In this document: positions 60,440 to 64,000 of the stretch, in pieces
Layout of the letters: every line of letters starts with the position of its first letter
How positions within the stretch are numbered: the stretch's first letter is position 1
DNA from: an uncultured Acidobacteriota bacterium
GTDB taxonomy: Bacteria > Acidobacteriota > Vicinamibacteria > Vicinamibacterales > CAVVIG01
Assembly: GCA_963757355.1 (NCBI GenBank)
Contig: CAVWRG010000004.1
Location: 188,992 to 252,991, forward strand
Length of the DNA stretch: 64,000 nucleotides
Reading direction: 5' to 3'
The notes under the pieces: model-generated
The model's input: only the letters and a program-made list of their open reading frames with translations
Database searches by the model: none
What the model was told of the DNA's origin: nothing
Program-made: the position numbers and the translations under genes

Positions 60440-60515
60440 AGGCGCGTAGCTCAGAGGTTAGAGCGCCTGCTTGACACGCAGGAGGTCGGTGGTTCGAGTC
60501 CACCCGTGCCTACCA
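60440..60515 (+). tRNA. tRNA-Val (GAC)
   Basis: Acceptor AGGCGCG/CGTGCCT, anticodon arm cctgc-ttGACac-gcagg, GTTCGA T-loop, encoded CCA; TGtTATACT upstream. Confidence 0.96.
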
Positions 60516-60577
60516 ATGAGTAAGCCGTATCCGGCATGAGCCGGACGGTTGGTGAAGGCCTCGCCGCAACCCCCGAA

Positions 60578-62509
60578 ATGAGTCAGGTCACTGTCACGCT
60601 TCCGGATGGATCGAGTCGCACTGTGCCTGCGGGCACGCCTGTACGCGACCTGGCGGCCGAGATCTCTCCCGGCCTCGCCAAGGCGGCGCTTGCCGGCGTG
60701 ATCGACGGCAAACTGGTCGATCTGACCGCGCCCATCCGGACGGACGCCGCAGTGCGCATCGTGACCGACCGCAGCCCCGAAGCGCTGCCGCTCTACCGCC
60801 ACAGCACGGCGCATCTGCTCGCGGCGGCGGTGATCAATCTCTTTCCGAACGCGCAGTGCGGGATCGGTCCCGCCACCGACGAGGGTTTTTTCTACGACTT
60901 CGTGGTCGATCGTCCGTTCGTCCCGGAGGACCTCGACGCGATCGAGAACAAGATGAAGGAGCTGGCGGCGCAGGACCTCGTCTATGAGCGCCAGATGTGG
61001 CCGCGTGAGGACGCGAAGGCGTTTTTCGCGAAGCGCGGCGAGCCGTTGAAGGTGCAGCTGATCGACGAAAAGACCGAAGGTCAGGCCGAAGTGACCTGCT
61101 ACACCATCAAGGACAAGGACACTTTCGTCGACTTCTGCGTCGGGCCGCACGTGCCGTCGACCAGCAAGCTGAAGGCGTTCAAGCTGCTGAGCACGTCGAG
61201 CGCCTACTGGAAAGGCGACGCGCGCAACCAGCCGATGCAGCGCATCTACGGCACCGCGTTTTTCGCCGACAAGGATCTGAAGGCCTACCTCACGCAGATC
61301 GAGGAAGCGAAGAAGCGCGACCACCGCAAGCTGGGGCGCGAGCTCGGGCTGTTCATGTTCCATCCCTGGGCGCCGGGCGCGACGTTCTGGCTCGACAAGG
61401 GGACGACGCTCTACAACCTGTTGGCGGACTACATGCGCAGCGTGCTGCTGCCCAATGGCTACGTCGAGGTCAAGACGCCGCTGGTCTACAACAAGGCCCT
61501 GTGGGAAATGTCCGGGCACTGGGAACACTATCGCGAGAACATGTTCCTCGTCGAATCGGAAAACGAGCAGATGGGCATGAAGGCGATGAACTGCCCGGGC
61601 CACTATCTCGTTTACCAGAGCGACGTGCGCAGCTACCGCGACTTGCCGATTCGCTACCACGAGCAGACGCCGCTGCACCGCAACGAAGCCTCCGGCGTGC
61701 TCACGGGCCTGACGCGCGTTCGCCAGTTCTCGCAGGACGATGGGCACTGCTTCGTCACGCAGGATCAGATCGGGGCCGAAGTCGAACAGCTGCTCGGGCT
61801 CATCCGCCGTGTGTACGGCGACTTCGCGCTGGATTACACGGCGAAGCTCTCGACCCGGCCGGCCGAGTTCATGGGGGAGATTGCCACCTGGGACTCCGCC
61901 GAGGCGCAGCTGCGGAGTGCGCTCGAGAAGGCGGGCCAGGCCTACACGATTAACGAGGGTGACGGCGCCTTCTACGGGCCCAAGATCGATTTCGACATCA
62001 CCGATGCGATCGGGCGGAAATGGCAGTGCGCGACGATTCAGCTGGACTACAACGCGCCAGTCCGCTTCGACCTGAAATACGTCGGCGCCGACAACGCCGA
62101 GCACCGGCCGATTGTGATCCACCGTGCAATTTTCGGCAGTTTCGAGCGATTCATTGCCATTCTGATCGAGCAGTACACGGGCGCGTTTCCCCTGTGGCTG
62201 GCGCCGGTGCAGGCCGTGGTGCTGCCGATCTCGGATCGGCACATGGCGTACGCGGCCTCGGTGCGCGACCGGCTGCAGGCGGCGGGGCTGCGCGTCGATC
62301 TCGATGAGCGGCAGGAAAAGATCGGATATAAGATCCGTGAGGCTCAGCTGCAGAAGGTGCCTTACATGCTCGTGGTCGGCGACCGCGAGGCTGCAGACGG
62401 CACCGTCTCGGTGCGCGCGCGCGCGGGCGGCGACCAGGGCGGCCGATCGATCAACGACTTCATCGCCGCGGCGGGTCAGGAAGTTTCGACCAAGGGTAAA
62501 CAAGGGTAA
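60578..62509 (+). CDS. thrS: Threonine--tRNA ligase
   Basis: TGS domain, [44 protein letters not shown]. Confidence 0.97.
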   Translation: MSQVTVTLPDGSSRTVPAGTPVRDLAAEISPGLAKAALAGVIDGKLVDLTAPIRTDAAVRIVTDRSPEALPLYRHSTAHLLAAAVINLFPNAQCGIGPATDEGFFYDFVVDRPFVPEDLDAIENKMKELAAQDLVYERQMWPREDAKAFFAKRGEPLKVQLIDEKTEGQAEVTCYTIKDKDTFVDFCVGPHVPSTSKLKAFKLLSTSSAYWKGDARNQPMQRIYGTAFFADKDLKAYLTQIEEAKKRDHRKLGRELGLFMFHPWAPGATFWLDKGTTLYNLLADYMRSVLLPNGYVEVKTPLVYNKALWEMSGHWEHYRENMFLVESENEQMGMKAMNCPGHYLVYQSDVRSYRDLPIRYHEQTPLHRNEASGVLTGLTRVRQFSQDDGHCFVTQDQIGAEVEQLLGLIRRVYGDFALDYTAKLSTRPAEFMGEIATWDSAEAQLRSALEKAGQAYTINEGDGAFYGPKIDFDITDAIGRKWQCATIQLDYNAPVRFDLKYVGADNAEHRPIVIHRAIFGSFERFIAILIEQYTGAFPLWLAPVQAVVLPISDRHMAYAASVRDRLQAAGLRVDLDERQEKIGYKIREAQLQKVPYMLVVGDREAADGTVSVRARAGGDQGGRSINDFIAAAGQEVSTKGKQG

Positions 62510-62529
62510 AGAAGAGAAGAGAGGCCTTT

Positions 62530-63108
62530 ATCGCTTTCGACAGAAGTCCCCGCCGTGACGATCGCGTGCGGGTCAACGAACGTATCCGGGTCCGCGAGAT
62601 CCGCGTGATCGACGACACAGGCACGCAGCTCGGCATCATGCCGCCGCCGCAGGCCTTGGCCATTGCCAAGCAGAAGGGGCTCGACCTCGTCGAGATCTCG
62701 CCGACGGCGGTGCCGCCGGTCTGCCGCATCATGGACTTCGGGAAATACCAGTACCAGGAGCAGAAGCGGACGCGCGAGGCTCGGAAGCACCAGAAAGTGA
62801 TCGAGGTCAAGGAAATCAAATTCCGGCCGAAGGTCGACGAGCACGACTACCAGTTCAAGAAGAAGCACATCGAGCGCTTCCTCGAAGAAGGCGACAAGGT
62901 CAAGGCGACGATCTTCTTCCGCGGCCGTGAGATGGCGCACCCGGAGATCGGCCGCCGCATCCTCGAGCGCCTGCTGGGCGAGCTGGCGGAGGTCGCAGTG
63001 GCCGAGACGATGCCCCGGATGGAAGGCAACCAGATGCACACAATCCTGTCCCGGAAGGCGCAGGGTGGCGGTGGCAAGTCGAAGTCGGCCGCGGCGGCGG
63101 CGCGGTAG
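62530..63108 (+). CDS. infC: Translation initiation factor IF-3, probable non-canonical ATC start
   Basis: RVNERIR..E.RVID, LDLVE, PPVC.IMD.GK, GDKVK...FRGRE; SD gagagg 5 nt before in-frame ATC at 62530. Confidence 0.93.
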   Translation: MAFDRSPRRDDRVRVNERIRVREIRVIDDTGTQLGIMPPPQALAIAKQKGLDLVEISPTAVPPVCRIMDFGKYQYQEQKRTREARKHQKVIEVKEIKFRPKVDEHDYQFKKKHIERFLEEGDKVKATIFFRGREMAHPEIGRRILERLLGELAEVAVAETMPRMEGNQMHTILSRKAQGGGGKSKSAAAAAR

Positions 63109-63114
63109 CGCTCC

Positions 63115-63197
63115 ACCACGGAGGACACGGAGGACACAGAGGTCGGAACGTACAGGGAAATGGATTGAACCTCCGTGTCCCCCGTGTCCTCTGTGGT
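63115..63197. repeat. 83-nt element: 29-nt GGACACRGA arms around a 25-nt core, second copy
   Basis: accacggaggacacggaggacacagaggt, 25 nt, acctccgtgtcccccgtgtcctctgtggt. Confidence 0.9.
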
Positions 63198-63225
63198 AGC
63201 CAGGTTCAGCGAAAAGAAAAAGACG

Positions 63226-63423
63226 ATGCCGAAGATCAAGACACACCGCGGCGCCGCGAAGCGCTTCAAGCGGACGAAGAACGGGAAATTTCTGCGGGGC
63301 AGCGCGTTCAAGCAGCACATCCTGAGCAGCAAGAGCACCAAGCGCAAGCGCAAGCTGCGCGGGACCACGACGGTCGCGAAAGTGGACCAGGCGAAGCTCG
63401 CCCGGATGCTGCCTTACAAATAA
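63226..63423 (+). CDS. rpmI: 50S ribosomal protein L35
   Basis: [18 protein letters not shown]. Confidence 0.97.
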   Translation: MPKIKTHRGAAKRFKRTKNGKFLRGSAFKQHILSSKSTKRKRKLRGTTTVAKVDQAKLARMLPYK

Positions 63424-63430
63424 GGCACTC

Positions 63431-63516
63431 GGGATTCGGGATTTGGGATTCGGGATTCGGGATTTGCGTGTTCGGCTTTAGCCGGACGTGATCGTAGTGT
63501 CCGGCTTCAGCCGGAC
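63431..63516. repeat. GGGATTY array plus two tandem GTAG-type REPs
   Basis: Five heptamers, then gcgtgttcggctttagccggac and GTAGTGTCCGGCTTCAGCCGGAC; a related copy lies at 58075-58097. Confidence 0.85.
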
Positions 63517-63533
63517 CTGTAGGAGAGATCGAA

Positions 63534-63914
63534 ATGCCGCGTGTGAAAAGAGGAACGGTCCGGCGCGCCAAGCGGAAGAAGCTGCTCGGGCTGGCGAAGG
63601 GCTACTACGCCAACAAGAGCAAGCTGTATCGCGCCGCGAAAGAGTCGGTGGACACGGCGCTCAAGTACGCGTTCGTCGGCCGCCGCCGCAAGAAGCGCGA
63701 TTTCCGCCGGCTGTGGGTCGTGCGGATCAACGCCGCCGCGCGCGAGCACGGCCTCACCTACGGACAGTTCATCAACGGGTTGAAGAACGCCGGTGTGACG
63801 CTCGATCGTAAGAGCCTGTCGGAGCTCGCCATCGGGAGCCCGGCCGCGTTCGGCACGCTCGCCCAGCAGGCCAAGGCGGCGGCGAAGACGAACGTCCGCT
63901 CCGCCGCGCGTTAG
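63534..63914 (+). CDS. rplT: 50S ribosomal protein L20
   Basis: [29 protein letters not shown]; SD aggag. Confidence 0.97.
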   Translation: MPRVKRGTVRRAKRKKLLGLAKGYYANKSKLYRAAKESVDTALKYAFVGRRRKKRDFRRLWVVRINAAAREHGLTYGQFINGLKNAGVTLDRKSLSELAIGSPAAFGTLAQQAKAAAKTNVRSAAR

Positions 63915-64000
63915 GCCCATTTCCGCTTCATCACACGCGACCCCGGCCAACCCTTCATCACGAAGTCGCGAAGGGCGCGAAGGGCACGAAGACTGTTTTG

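Noticed and set aside
60440-60515. tRNA-Val as an island integration site
   Set aside because: No integrase, no duplicated tRNA 3' end seen, and the flanks are core genes.
60540-60560. tRNA-Thr anticodon mimic in the thrS leader (ttGGTga)
   Set aside because: The flanking bases do not form an anticodon-like stem around it.

Overview
High-GC bacterial chromosomal segment. The gene content (acidobacterial PadR plus duplicated orphan permeases, DUF1592/DUF1552/ankyrin cassette, lpxB/lpxD) points to Acidobacteriota, probably Vicinamibacteria-like; this is inference. About 57 CDS and one tRNA-Val(GAC) are supported. Most are housekeeping (acnA, queG, amt, lpxB, lpxD, nfo, gatCA, rpoZ, dnaK, xseAB, ispA, tlyA, nadK, mltG, ruvX, thrS-infC-rpmI-rplT), with an accessory block at about 10.3-26 kb. 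No integrase, transposase, prophage or CRISPR array was seen. The strongest unexplained signal is non-coding. At least seven families of short palindromic or tandem-unit repeats occupy many gene junctions. They often form inverted arms around unique cores, are sometimes inserted in frame inside proteins, and once enclose a ~160-nt four-way-junction structure upstream of nadK. Other highlights: a PadR/TA/permease block bounded by an 18-bp direct repeat, with two permeases sharing near-identical 5' ends; an EnvC-like plus S41 pair in which both proteins lack catalytic residues; a zincin plus Ddl-like ligase pair coupled to gatCA; and repeated leaderless-type promoters. Product calls come from motif recognition by eye, not database searches.
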